A stretch of 63,852 nt of DNA, the filler included, from Bigelowiella natans CCMP2755 (Eukaryota; Protista; Cercozoa), in the NCBI GenBank assembly GCA_000320545.1. It is 4 parts of 4 records of this genome, joined end to end, with 100 filler letters (N's around TTAATTAATTAA, not from the genome) between each part and the next. Parts side by side here need not be neighbours in the genome. Positions count along the whole stretch, not along the records: positions 1 to 26,036 come from ADNK01000409.1; positions 26,137 to 39,815 come from ADNK01003581.1; 2 more parts are not named here. One strand, written 5' to 3'. Positions 13,510 through 27,813 of the stretch are shown here, piece after piece. How positions within the stretch are numbered: position 1 is the first letter of the stretch; every line of letters starts with the position of its first letter. Below the pieces are notes generated by a model that had not been told where the DNA came from, did not search any database, and saw only the letters and a program-made list of their open reading frames with translations. The position numbers and the translations under genes were made by a program.

Positions 13510-15462
13510 TTAATCCGCATTGATTATCATCCTTTCCCCTAATGCGTTCTCAGTGAGATCGTCAGCAATTTGCATGAAGTTTGTTCCCTCATGCTTTTCA
13601 TTTTCCAGCTTCCGCTTTTCCTCGACCTGATGTGCACAAGTAAAGTGAATTCTTGGGTTTGAGTTACCAGATCTCCCTAGTTTTGGCATGTCCTGTATGC
13701 ATGCATGCATGCGTGCTGTACATATACATGTTGGCAACATGTGCTTTTATTACTGTGAGTCTGTGCTTCAAAGACATAATCTTTTGGAGATTCTCGAACA
13801 TCTTTCTCTGTTCCAACTTGTCTCCATGAGAGCTGAAACCAACGACATATGGTCATGATAATAACCATGATAATGGCCCAACAATAGGGTTTGAATACAA
13901 AGTACTGCATAAAAACACTGCACACATCATATTGCCTCAAAATGTACAATGAGAAAAACTTGGGCGGAATAAATGTTCTTGCACATGCAACACTGTAGGG
14001 AACGTTGCAAAAAGAACATTTCAAAAGCGGAATTGTTGTTTCAAAGGTGTTCTAGATTGCAAGGACTTACGACTTAATCAGCTTCTGGTCTCTCCGGAGC
14101 CCCTTTGCTTTCGTTTCGAGCTGCTTTATTGACTTTGCCAGGAGTTCCTGGTAGGTTTTGCAGCCGCCCTGGCTTAGCTTTGCCTCCCCCTTGATGAAAG
14201 AGCTTTCGTCCTGCACCATCAATAAACGCCCCTCTGTCTCGAGCGCCTGAAAACGTATGTACACACGCACGCACGCAAAATCATGTTTGAATAAAAGCCA
14301 CACAGACACCACACATTCACGGAAGAAGGCAGATCAGGGAAAAAAATAATCCTTCCTCCCTGATAATATTAAGCCTACATTCTTCCCCGTTTCAAATAAT
14401 TCTCACGGGGCTTTTCCACGCAAACACACAACGACGACCACCACCAGCTTTAGCAGCAACAGCAGCAGTAGCAGCACCTTGCAGTGGAGCATGTGATAAT
14501 GTGACTCCTCTTGGCTGAGGCCCTTGATGTTCCCTTGTACATCTTGCTCAAGCTTAGACCTGTGAGGAGAAGAACATAGAAGAAGAAGAAGAAGAAGAGG
14601 AAGAAGAAGAACGAAGCAGACACACACGCACAACACAAGGTTATACTAGAAATAACTTTTGATTCCACCGAGCCTCTTCATCAATTCATTATCATACAAT
14701 TCCACACTTATACGCCTAGGGAAGCTCAATGCAGCAGCATATGATGGATCAAGCTAGCGGGCATGTATCTCGCATGGAACACGTCGTTCAGTGACCTCTC
14801 AGCCTGTAATCCCGCAAAGGTGTTGTTGTGCAACGACTTTTTGGCTTCGTACTGAAGAAAACATGTGAATAAATATATTGTACATTAGCCAGCGAGGTGA
14901 TCGAGTCAATGCATCGAAGAGTGCGTCACACGCATAGGATGCTGTGCTTCGCACACTTAGTCTGCTGCTGCTCTGCACATGACATCTCTCCAATGATGTT
15001 GTTAGTAGTACTGTAGTCACTACTACTACTACTACTACTATGTCGTCGTCGTCATCATCATGAGCAACCTGCTTTTGAACTTCTCCATGTGCCCTCCTTA
15101 CTTCCCGAAGCTTCTTGATCTGCGGTCCCATGGTGCCTTTCTTCTCATCGAGAGTCCTCTGAATCTTCTTCACCAGCTCAGACACCTGCGCGAGTGTCGT
15201 CTCCTTCTCCGTATCCGCCTCTGCTTTGCTGCTCGAGATCTTCTCGAGCTTCTCCTTCGTCTCCTAGTATGAATAAAGAGACAGAAAACGGACAATAAGC
15301 GCAACCATAGCTCGCAATTTGAGGAGATCGATCGTTCGTTTGGTGGGGTGCTTGAGAGAGTGTGTATAATCTTTGAATCATCATTCTCATTATGACCTGA
15401 GCTCCAAGAGCACCACTCTTTCGCATCTCTTCGTCGAACTCGTGAATTTGCGCTGTAGAATG

Positions 15463-15506
<44 letters not shown>

Positions 15507-16723
15507 TAGATAGATAGATAGATAGAGAGAGAGAAGAGAGACCACACATATGTTATATATTTGCACATGCCTCTCCATATATCAAAATGAATTACGGTGG
15601 CGAGAGCGCAGAATGTCAACGGTTCTGCTGAGAGTATCAGCCTCACGCTTCAGCGTTTTGAGCTCCTCTGCCATAGTCTTGAACTGCCGTGTCTTTGTTT
15701 GCAGGTCCAGCATGTACTTCTGCATTTCCTTCTCCGTTTTGGGTCGGTTATCGTCTGTGAAGTATCCCGCCATCTCTTGCTGCACAGAGCGTTCTTCCGC
15801 CTCGTATCTTCAGCACCAGCACCGGCAGGTCCATCAACATACAAAATACAAGAAATGGTAATATTTTAATTCTGAGCTCTAAAATATTCATCAGCAAAAA
15901 AGGTAAATTGCTGACTCGCGCTTGTCCTCCAAAAGCTCCTCAAGTTCGTCTTTCAGCTTTTCTTTCTTTGCCTCGCGAGCATTTACCTTACGATGGGCGT
16001 GGAAGGAAAGAATTGAGGGGATTTTTTACTCAAGCGCTAAATCACTTCGACACGTTGAATCCTCCCTATTATTTTTGCACAATTCGACCTGGTCCTGATA
16101 GTGCCCAATTCTGCTGTTCTGGGAAGCTAAAGTCTTATCGCGCTCCTGGTAGAAGAAAATATGACAATCATCATATGATGATGAGAATATTCAAAATAGA
16201 TTGTATTTCATCCTTCCTATCTCCCACCCTCTCTGCTCTTTTTTAACGTTCTTTTAATGATGTGTCCTTTCTGACCGTTTTGAGGTGGTGGATTCGGTCC
16301 TCCATGTCGCGGATATCGATCTCTGCAACAGGGTTTATTATTAGCCACATAGAGTACTTCAAGAAAATAGATATTTATGTATGTTCATCTTCTTCTTGTG
16401 CGCTGCTTCACCACCCACTCACACACAAGGGATGGATGGTGTTGGTACTTGTAACACATTATTTACAAGTAGTATTCGTTGGTATTTACCTAGCTGACGA
16501 ACTTCATCCTCAGTCATTGGATCAGAGGTCATCACACCTTTCAGCTCCTACGAAGAAGAACAACAATCATTGTTGTAGATTATTTCTTTTTGGATCGGCG
16601 GACGACGGGGAGTGACGACAATGATGCCTTCCTTTCTTTGAAATTTCCAATATGTAATATTTACACATGCGCACGTAAATTGCATGTATGTCTGTCTATC
16701 TGTCTGTATGTGTGGATGTGTGA

Positions 16724-16763
<40 letters not shown>

Positions 16764-16942
16764 ACTATTCAGTGGTTACATTGAGCTTTCCTTCTTGTGC
16801 TTGAATCTGATTTGGCAATCTATTCTCTAGGAGTTCCCGTTGCTTGCTTACTTCCTTCGTATCACCGTTGGTAATGGTAAACAACATAAAACACATGCGC
16901 CAAACCATCTATCACTGTTTATTCACGTGTGCGTGTTTATGT

Positions 16943-16979
<37 letters not shown>

Positions 16980-18105
16980 GACCTTCTCTAAGGCATCCAT
17001 TAGCTCCTTTGGATTGGTCATGTCTGCTTGCTGCTGATTCAGCTTCATCTTAGCTTGGTGTCGCCTATTACATAAAAAAAATATTATATCTCCGTATCTG
17101 GCGGTGCCTCCTGCACACTTTTGGAACTGTTTCTCATACTTTGCTTTCACAATCGATAGAACCGACCTTTGCTGGTTTCGGATGAGGTCCCTTTTTTGCT
17201 CATCGAGTTGCTCCATCAGCCTGTGCTCCTCTTCCTGCTGTTCTCGAAGTGCGTGTGTTTGCGCCAAAACTTGGCCGAAGTCCACATCTTGATACTCGTT
17301 TCCGTGCTTCACCTGCATACGCGTAAATAGCAAATCAGCTGGTAGCACACGCAGGATGAGGTGGATATCTGTAGGGGCAGCGTATGGCATTAGATTTGCC
17401 TTGGTGTTGAGCTTTTGTAGCTTGTTTCGTAGCTGCGTGCGTTCCAGCTCAAGCTGCTGTAGCTCACGCTTGATCTCCTGAGGGTCCACAGCATTCTTTC
17501 TTAGCTTATCGACTTTCTTGTGATTCGTCTTGAACTCCTCCTGCAGCTCTTTGTACTTCTGGTACAACGAAACAACCTGGGGGTGGGGGTGGGGGTGGGG
17601 GTGGGGTGTGGGGCGGAAAACAAGAAGACGAAGCCGGGGGAAGGTCAGTCAGTCTGTCAGCCATCTTCGTTCCATCTTCACGTGCATCATCGTGTGCGTG
17701 TTGTGTTGCATCCGTTTTGAACGTGGATTTTTCTTCTCCCATGATTCTTATTTGTTGCGAGGAGGACGTAGACGTACTTGATGGTCCGCAAAGTTGTCCT
17801 CTGGCACCTCCACGTTGCGTAAGAATCGCGCCAAGTATGCTCGCTTTGACAACGATTGCTAGCGATTGATAAGTGGTAAAAAAGGGTAAGATGTAAATTA
17901 TTAAGATTCCGAATCGCTTAAAGGATCATTAGATGTAGAGATGATTACCTGATTGGAGAGCAGCCAATGAAGGAGTGGATAAACAACCCTTCGGTCGCCG
18001 CTCAGAAAGGGCTCGCGAAATTGAGGATTCATTACATCCTGTAGCGATTTGCACGAATAACACAATTATACCGGACGTACACGCAATGTTAAGTACACAA
18101 ACCCA

Positions 18106-18149
<44 letters not shown>

Positions 18150-18810
18150 GTCTATATTATTATGTACAGACGCGTGGTGCTACTACCACGTTGTTGAATT
18201 TGTAGTTCAAAATCATAAGAAACTCTAGCATCCGCGTGGCCATCTACAAACAAGATCCAACAAAGGCTAAATGAAGAACAACAAGGACAGTGCTACGGAG
18301 GAAAAAGTGGAATCCAGCGTGAACACTAAGATTAGAAGAGCCTCAGGATGAGACTATGGCCAACAGCTCGGAACATCCAACACCTAAATACTCATCGTAA
18401 ATATACCTGATCTTGTTCCTCGTCTCTTAAGTCTTTCTTATGCTTCGGATCCAAGGATGCGAAGAGGTCATTGACTATCTGTAGCAGTTCCAGCGGTGCC
18501 TGGATGCAAATGCAGCATAGTAGTAATAATGAGCCTTTTGCGATTCGTCATAAGCTATAACACAAGAATATTTTATGTACCTTGCTGTCGAACTCGATCA
18601 GAGTGAGATTCAAGTCGTAAGGAGGCTGATTTAAGCTCTCCACTATGAACTGGGGAATCGGCGAAAGAGGGAGGAAATAGACATAATTTTAAAAATCGGT
18701 TTCCCTGCTTATCGATCATTACAGTTACATGACTACTAACACACATGAAAAATAATAACGCAAAGACTCTTGAAATGTGTAAAATCTTTGCAATAATGTA
18801 TCACCTCATG
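13510..18810 (-). CDS. IFT81: Intraflagellar transport protein 81, multi-exon
   Basis: N-terminal exon FIVESLNQPPYDLNLTLIEFDSK, then LSKRAYLARFLRNVEVP, LYQKYKELQEEFKTNHKKVDKL, KTLAQVSELVKKIQRTLDEKKGTMGPQIKKLREVR and QEESHYHMLHCK, followed by coiled coils. Exact start not resolved. Confidence 0.92.
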
Positions 18811-19598
18811 GGGCGTTAAAATTCGTTATTTAAATTTGATAATCAGTGTGTGCATCCCTACAGTGTGAATGGCTCACCCTTATTTCTGCCATTTGCCCAT
18901 CATCCTGGGAATCCTTCATTTCAAGTTCCCCACCGTATCCGCCATCGAAATCCATCTTTCCTGAGGTCTAACTTTAAAGTATTAGACCGCGCTCTCGGCA
19001 GGGGTTTCCTCTTCCCTCCTTCCTGGTTTTTAGTGCCAGTTACCAGAACAAACTGCTCAGTCGAACATATGCACTTTTACTTCTGCGACATTCTAAATTC
19101 GATGTCGCAATTCTATTTACTGCATAAGATCTCAGATCAATAGTTTTGGTTGCTATGCCCTTGTCGTAGATAAATGCTCATGGGGGTTTCCAGGGTTTGT
19201 AGCAACTGGTTCAAACCATCGGCGCAGTGCTCGCATTGAAAATACACATCCATATTCTCTTTGCGACAAGGCCGACAGACTCTCGAACGAGCGATTTTCT
19301 GGCGAACAGTGGGAATTGCATTGGTAGTAGATTGATTTATGTATGGAAACCGAGGAGAAAGATGTGTTGCGACAAATAACAACCTGTGAACATCATTACC
19401 CAACTCTCATCTCTCATCTCTCATCTCTCATCGACGCGTGTTTGTCCTTCCTTCAGTCCTTATCCCATCAAACCTCAACGGAAGTTCTTTTCTCCTTCTT
19501 CTCCCCCTTTCCCGTCCCTTTTTGCGTCTACTCCATTAAAGACTGGACGAAAGGAAGGAGAGCGAGTTGCAGGGGAAGCTGTTTGCATACGAATTCAC

Positions 19599-21712
19599 AT
19601 GGGTGTTTGCGCAAGCAACTCTCTTGTGTCTGAATATGCAGAATACATTAGCAGAACCCCGCTGCACTTCGCCTTTACCTCGATTAACATCATGGAACAC
19701 CAGCAGAAGTCGGCCATCAAGGAGCTTGCAAAATTCTTTCGATCAATACAATTTCGTTCCGGCGAATTCATCATTCGCGAAGGGGAACCTGCGGATAAGT
19801 TTTACGTGATGGTGGATGGGAGGATAGAAGTTTCTATCGACGTGAATGGACAGAGGATACCCCTCTGTGAAAAATCCCCCCCCGAAATGTTTGGAGAGGC
19901 TGGTCTGCTCTCTGATGGAGTTCGAAGGTGGATATTTATCCCGAACGGCCAAGCGTTATCATCATCTAAACTTTGTATTTTTAGGACGGCAAGCATACAA
20001 GCCACCCAGCACACCATTTGCCTTTTCATAACCAAAGACCTGTTGAAGAAGTACCTCCAAGGTGCCCCAGATGTTTTCTGCGATAAGCTCAACTTGATAA
20101 TGGGCAGAAACATGGAGAATTCGTTGGTATTATTTTTTACCTTGTTGTATTTAACCAAATCATGCTGAGACCTCATCCTCAATCCTCACAGGCAACAATC
20201 CCATTTATGAAAGGACTCTCTCGACACGCCCTTAGGATTCTAGGGAGTATTGTTCAATACAGAATAGTTGCCCCCAAAGAAATTCTATTCCACACTGGCG
20301 AGCTTGGAACTGAAATTTACATCGTATACTCCGGCCGTGTCAGCGCAATCGGAGGGTGACCACACCTTACTCTTTCTGTTTTCGAATTTGATTTCAAGAA
20401 ATTGATTTATATTAACTCTACGGACATTCGAATGCCTCTTTCTGATTTGATACTCGCGAGATATCTTCACAAAGAAGCACATTGTTTAACAGTATAATCT
20501 GGTACAGGATCCACGACTTGATGTCGTCCTCATCCGAGGGAATAGAGATCACGCATACGCAAATGAGTAGCACAGGAGGCGCAAATAGTCGAAATAGTCG
20601 AAACAGTCGCAGTAAAGACCCACGACAGACTGGCCCATTACATCACTGCGGGCGTTCAACATTCGCTCTTATGGATCCCGACCTTCCAGACGAGAAGGAT
20701 CAGTATATCGTGAGGTTCAAGCATGGCGATTTTTTTGGAGAGCTTGGAATGGTGATGGGTATACCAAGAACTGCAACTGTCATTGCGGATAAGATGTCTC
20801 TTCTTATCACGCTCAGGAAGGCGGAGTTCCACACCTTCCTGCGGTACTACTTTTACAACTTGTTTGCCAGCAGCTACCAGAGCTCTCTTTATTTTTGGAT
20901 TGATTTGTTTCGATTTCTTCGAACTCCTGCTTGTATGTCAGGAAAATCAATCAATAATATGTCATACAATAGATTCGAATTGTAAAATCATTAAGAGGTA
21001 TACTGCAGTACAGTCGATGCTTCCCCCTTCGTTTGGAAATTTGTCTTCATATGAAAACGGATGGTAAGTAATTTGTTCTTGTTCTTCTGTCTCATAGGAC
21101 TGTGGACATAGACTTCGACAAACTAATGCGATCAAGATCGTTAGAACACCTCCGCAACTGCTATAAGCACTACTTCTTCGACGCTCTTCCAGAGAAGGAT
21201 CGGTATAGCGTGCTGGCAGATTACTTTCGCATTAACGTATTCGAGCCATGCAAAGTCATCTTCGAGCGCGGTCAGCCGGCCGACAAGCTGTATATTGTGG
21301 CCTATGGGGAGGTTTTAACGAGTGAGCCCGGAATTGATCGGGATACCGGGGTACCATCTTGTCAGCATCTTCATCGTTGTCGTCATTGTTACTTTTGTGA
21401 GCATTGCCTGTCGTCTTGTAATACCTGTTGCGTGCTCCAGGAAAAGAGGTTATGGGTCGGGGGTCATTGTAGCCCTGGAAATACTGAATACTTCGTGTTC
21501 CTCCTATCACTTTATTTTGTTAGAAAAAGGGGTCTATCCTCGGTGTGCGTGATGTATTGAACGACAACGCTAACTACGCCTCCACAGCGGAGGTTGTAGA
21601 TCGGACCATAACGCTTTCGATCTCAAGGCAGGACATCGAAAGCTGCTTTCGTGATAAACCCCTTACGGTATTTATTATTCGTTTATCGAGGTTTTTATAT
21701 TTACTAAATAAA

Positions 21713-21746
<34 letters not shown>

Positions 21747-21754
21747 GTATATAT

Positions 21755-21824
<70 letters not shown>

Positions 21825-23681
21825 ACATACACAGACATCTATGAAGTTGCCACCACCACAACCTAGGCGCGGATAGATTTTGAGCTAAAGTTGTTACGAG
21901 AGGACTGTAGAGTCAATCACGTCTTAGAGCACCCCATCGGAATTAGGTCGCCATAAGTTCTACGAGTGGAAGAAGAAGAAGAAGAAGAAGAAGAAGAAGA
22001 AGAAGAAGAAACGACCACTTTCGTATTCCACGGACATGCATACATACATATTTACATACATGCATACATACATACATACATACACGCACACGCCTTGATC
22101 CACCATTATTCACAGATACTTCAGCAAATGGGTAGTCACAGAGCAGAACCAGGAAATGGTGGAGTTCTGGTGCCAAGTGCGCTTGTTTAGCGACGCTTTT
22201 AAGCCAGCAAACTGTGGTGGTTATAGTGGTGGGGGTGAGGCCAAGGGTGGCAGCAAGAACAGGACGCCAAGGAACAACCGCAAAATTAAGCACAATGCGT
22301 CAGTAACCGCTACAACAGAGAGAGGGCCTCTGGAAAGCATAGATGCAAAAAGGACAATGAAGCCAATCTTTAAAGAAAGCAAGGACGACAGTGATAACAA
22401 TGACGTCGATATCAAGCAGCAACAGCCAAGGTCGGAACATAGGAAACCTCTACTTGTGAGGAATGATGGGACCGCAGACAGAGATCACGGCAACAACAAC
22501 AACAATAATCACCACCATCATGAAAATGACAGCGAAAGCTACAATCATACTCAGCAGTCCTTTGAAAACGACGAGGACAAGATAGTTGTATCTCATAAAC
22601 TCACATCATCATCCTATCCTCCTCCTCCTCCCCCCCCTCCTCCAAAACGTGGGAGACGTGGACATCCTACTAGCAACGACGACGAGGATGATCATCAAAC
22701 GGCGGCCTCTGGCATCATGATAACGATCGCAGACACGATATACAACAAGTATCTGGCAAATAATATCCTTGGGGTAAATTGATGTGTAACATAGAGAGGA
22801 GGAGGAATAGAAAGAAGAATAAGTGGAAGAAGAGGGGGGGGGGGGGGTTGGTGAGCACCAATTCAATGACGCAACAACAATGCCTGCGAGGGCATATCAA
22901 CACATACGTGCTTCCAAACATACACGGGGCGTGGTGGTGGTAATATGATCATACCCGTAGTCGTCATACTCCTCCATCTACAATACTATTCAGATGAACG
23001 TCAAGAACAGCTCGCGAAGTACCATCTCGAAGGCTATAAAAAGTAGGGAGTACAAATACAACATGTTCGCCACAGCTGTGCAGGATATGGAACGCACGCT
23101 GTCTCGCCAGTCGTTCATGCGCTTCAAACGGAACGTCAGTCCTTTCACCAGCCGTTTTCCTTCGTTTTCTTTCCCCCTGCTACATATCGTTTGACACAAC
23201 ACAATACATTACCCAAGGGAAGGAACGTTATTCAACGATTCATCGAATAATCACCATCTTAATCTACAAATGCATTCAATCTCACCGGAGAGACAGACGC
23301 TTGTGCATCATCTCTGCAAGCATTTCGCTTGCAGTGGATGTGTGCATATAATTTCATATTGAATCTCTGTACCTTTAGTCGTGTGATTAGCACAAAATCG
23401 CAATTTCCGTCGATCTAATCCCTGTTTTCATCGGACTCCCACACATGTTTTCCTCTCATTCGGTTGTTTGTCTTTAGAGCAAGCTCTTTAAGCAAATGAT
23501 GGACGGAGTGAATACATTCAAACCATATGCAAAGGCATCATGGAGCCCAGCCAGCAGAGGGCTAGATGTGGTATTAGGGGAGGGGGAGGGCCAGAAAAAC
23601 CCATTTCGGGTTGATGTTCAATTGGAAGAAGCAAGGAGAAATCAAGGGACTCAAATACTGAGTACAAAGAAACCAAAATGA
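19599..23681 (+). CDS. N-acylated protein with three cyclic-nucleotide-binding domains and a C-terminal RGS domain
   Basis: Starts MGVCAS. cNMP motifs IIREGEPADKFYVMVDG...FGEAGL, LFHTGELGTEIYIVYSG...FFGELGM..PRTATV and IFERGQPADKLYIVAYG. RGS motifs VLEHPIGIRYFSKW..EQNQEMVEFW, IYNKYL, MNVKNSSR and MF..AVQDMERTLSRQSFMRFKR. Confidence 0.85.
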
Positions 23682-24467
23682 GTTCACACAGAAATTGTAA
23701 GCAACACATCTGAAGATTGAAGCATTCATGTGTCATAATCGTCAGTAATCCAAAAATGCTATCATCAAAATTGCTGATCGTTCACATTTTCATTGGCCCT
23801 GTGCTTCAATAATCGTGAGAACATGAACCCATCTAAATTGCGCTACATCATTGCGTTGTCACGATGATTTCATGATGATGCTTTTATACTTTTTCTGCTC
23901 AGCTCACTGTGCCATAGCTGCACTGTTTGACGGGGGCGCTTCTCATTGATCTGCGCCACAATGGGTTTGTTGCATGAATGCGAACAAGATAAGCTGGCGC
24001 GCATAGTGCCATGGAGTGGTTAGCATGCATGCACTTTGCTAGCTCACGTGAGGCAGAGCTAGAAAACTACAGCTAATGAGCACAGTGTTGTGAAGACACC
24101 TTGTTGGCCACAACATCTAACAAGCTAGATGTTTCGATCCATGTAGATGCGATCTTTCCGTTACATGCATCGCATTTAACACGATGTCGCCTAGATTGCA
24201 TTGTTGATGCCGCGTTGGCATTAGCGCTTGCAAACAGGCATCTAGCTGGAGCGTGCCGTTCGCACCGCCTCATGTACATCTATTGACATCGCTAAGTAGA
24301 GTAAGCCAAGCAAATAATGAACGAAACATCTAGACTTGTTGCTGTTTATTTAGTTATCTGGGATACAGCCTAGCATTAAAACGTGTCTCACACAGCCTAC
24401 ATGTACGATCTGACGCCCAAATCAATCTAAAAGTGTGCATGACAGCAATGCTACGGCGCTTCTCTAT

Positions 24468-25078
24468 CTACCCAAGCATTTGCAACTGGGACCCATCAAA
24501 TAACAAAGGATGGGTCGGCATAGAGGGGATTGTGGCTATTTCATTCCGTTGATCCTGAATCCTCGGCGGCATTTTCTCAGAATGCTTTTCAAAATCCTTG
24601 TCAGAAGAAGCTTGCACAGTCGTTATAATTCCGACATGTTGCTGCACGAATGTTTCCAGACGTAAACGCAAATCCAGCATTTTTGCTTGGTATTTGACCA
24701 GAGATTTCTCCTGAGGACGCAGACAGCAATGGGCTTGCTAATAGATAAACGGACAGAACCCGTATCTTCGGTATTTCATAATAAAGATTTCGTACGGGGA
24801 ATGAAGAACTAAACGTGGTTACGCATGTTACCTTGAAGTGTGATGCCCCAGTGTCGCTGAAAATCTCACATGCAACATCGTTAGCTGCGCGGTCGAACAG
24901 AACAGCGCCAAAATGGATCTGGAAGGGGACCCAGTTTCCCACAACTTCATCCCAGATCAGACGTAAAAATCTGCATAGATGTTGGGGTGGTAAAACAACT
25001 TTATATACACGAGACTATAAACTATTTGGGCACACACACACACACACGCACTCAATCGCAGAGGGAGGGGGGGGGGGG

Positions 25079-25118
<40 letters not shown>

Positions 25119-26036
25119 ATACAATGCACTCAAACAACCCTAATGCCCCTTCCACTGCCATGGCTGCTGAAATTCTTTTACCTTTACACACGTAATCAAA
25201 CGACGAGAAGAAATTAGAGGTGAATTAAGTGCATTTGTTGAACGGAAAGAATAGCCTTATGAAGTCGAAGCTAGTATTGATGTAGTAGATACTGGGTTGT
25301 ACGGCATGTTCATAGGATTAGCCTTCCGTCTCTCCCTCCTCACATATTTCTTTGCATACTTCATCATTACCTAGATCGATGGCAGAAGTAGAGAGTGGAT
25401 GGCGATTGCTTTTGAGTGTCGTGATTGTCACAGGTGCCTCCCCTTCCTCCGTTTGACATTGGCTGGACCCCTTCCTCTCCCTTTCGCATTCCCCGCCCCT
25501 CACCCCTTCCTCTTCCTTTTTCGGAAAAGGAAGAGGAACTACACAGGTTAGCTGATCGTCGTCGTAACTTGAAGGGGACTTTATCCGCTGTATATACGAA
25601 ACGACATAATGGCGACGATCATCATCTCCATCTCCATCATCATCATCATCAGTCATCATCATCAGTCATCATTATCATATATAACCCAGGAAGCATATAG
25701 AAGCCACAAATTCATGGCAGTTTCCCGCTTCTACCTGCACATCCTCTATTCGCTTCATGAGGCTCAGGGACTTCACTCGCTCAGTTGACTGGATCTCTGG
25801 TGGCGACGAGACCGGCTCGATGCCCTTTACATCGCCCTTCATACGTCTGCAGCCTTTTTCAATGGGAGGGGCGGTAGTACCTTTCCTATCCTTTCCTCTT
25901 TTCGCACAGCGATGATAAGAAGACTCGTAGCCCTGCAGCAAACAGGAGACTCCGCTAGCCTTGTGTTGAGAATGACAAGCACTTCTGCCTTATGAACAAT
26001 CATAGGAATGGAACAGTTGCCGCTGCTACTCCTCCC
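24468..26036 (-). CDS. FAM91A1: FAM91A1-like protein, 3' part (5' lost at gap)
   Basis: VLVILNTRLAESPV/LLQGY, VVPLPFP, WVPFQIHFGAVLFDRAANDVAC and terminal PTHPLLFDGSQL resemble the FAM91 C-terminus (WVPLELCFGIPLF...PAKNLIFKDG). Apparent 1-nt frameshift at ~25941. Confidence 0.75.
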
Positions 26037-26136
26037 NNNNNNNNNNNNNNNNNNNNNNNNNNNNNNNNNNNNNNNNNNNNTTAATTAATTAANNNNNNNN
26101 NNNNNNNNNNNNNNNNNNNNNNNNNNNNNNNNNNNN
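26037..26136. other. Assembly spacer (N-TTAATTAATTAA-N)
   Basis: N runs around a six-frame stop linker. Confidence 0.98.
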
Positions 26137-26189
26137 TATATATATATATATATACATATATGTATATCTGTATACTGTTCGCATCATAC

Positions 26190-26642
26190 AAAGTTTGCGA
26201 GCTTCTTGTAGTTGGAACGCTTAAAATCTACTTTCTCTCCCTTCCTTGCCGTCCTTTGCAGCATGTGTTCCGAAAAACTGTACAGCACACATATATTACG
26301 AAGCAGAGATGCCATTATTATTATCATTATTTATTATTTTTTATTATTGTTGTCACTGTTATGTTTCATTGTTATTTTTGTGCCTCTTCCTCCTCCTCCT
26401 CCACCACCACCTCCTCCTCCTTGTTATCATCTATCGTCCTCTCTTATGACATCGGTGCTGCTACACTTACAAATCAGAAGCAGCGAGAGGCAGTGTTTCC
26501 ACACCAACGATTGCTCGAAAGAATAAGTCGTCGATGGCATCGTCCTTTTGTTCGTGTGTGTATTTTTTAAACAAGATTAAGAACAAGATCAACATCCAGA
26601 AATAGAAACTCACTCGCTATCCTACTCCATCCTCCCACCGCA

Positions 26643-26676
<34 letters not shown>

Positions 26677-26763
26677 TATATTGAGTATTTCGAAAGAACG
26701 TGTTGTTGATGATGATAGGATTATAATCATCATTTCTGTGTACTACTACTATTAATACTTGTG

Positions 26764-26796
<33 letters not shown>

Positions 26797-27082
26797 GTTA
26801 AATCAACTTACTACCATTCTTTCCTTCATCTCGGCTCTTTCTTCATCGGTAGTAGGTACTTGGGCGACTAGTACCCTGTTATTCCCCTTACTCTTCTTAG
26901 CTTCTTCTTCTTCCTTCTCCTTCTTCTCATCACTGGTGGCAGTCTTATTTCTGACTTTTTCTCGATCATCGTTATCACCATCATCATCATCATCATCATC
27001 ATCACCACCATCCTCCTTTTTTCCATCTTCCTGCTCTTGCCCATTTTTGTTTTCCTCCTTTTCCAATTTTTCTTCTTCTTCT

Positions 27083-27117
<35 letters not shown>

Positions 27118-27264
27118 TGCTTCTATGGGAACGACTTTATTCTTTTTGAAACCCTCATTTGGCCTGCTCTTTGATCCTAGAGCTGAAGGAAAGATGAACA
27201 ATGTCAAGTAATGATGATATGAGTATTGGAAAGAAGGATAGGTAGTGGAAAGTTGAGTGGAAAG

Positions 27265-27308
<44 letters not shown>

Positions 27309-27556
27309 AGGAGTGCTTGGAAGAATAGGTAATATTTACAATGATATGGAAGGGGACGATGAAAATAGTTATTTGCAGCTTCCGCATTTATCAAAATCAT
27401 CACCCTCATCATCATCGAAAATAATGTGAAGAGATATCTACAGAAGAAGAAATAGCATTAACAAGCCCATAACCATTCATGCTGAATATTCTTATCAAAG
27501 AATCGAGATGGCAATGATCATCTTCACCGCCATCATCATCATCAACATACGTTCAT

Positions 27557-27589
<33 letters not shown>

Positions 27590-27726
27590 CCCATAGAGGG
27601 TCTGCATAAAGATGCATCATCAAGAGCCCCTTTCCCGTCCGCCCATTCCTCTTAGATTGTTGTATTTGTCGTTGAATTAGTAACAGCATGTGATTAGTAT
27701 ATTCGCACGGAAGGCCGATATTTAAA

Positions 27727-27813
<87 letters not shown>

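Noticed and set aside
25940-25942. Frameshifts in FAM91A1 (and in the beta-lactamase gene at 46034-46037) as pseudogenization or programmed frameshifting
   Set aside because: Both are one base short in a homopolymer, typical of sequencing error.
26037-26136. Palindromic TTAATTAATTAA in N runs (also at 39816 and 62691)
   Set aside because: Artificial six-frame-stop contig linker; adjacency across it is unproven.
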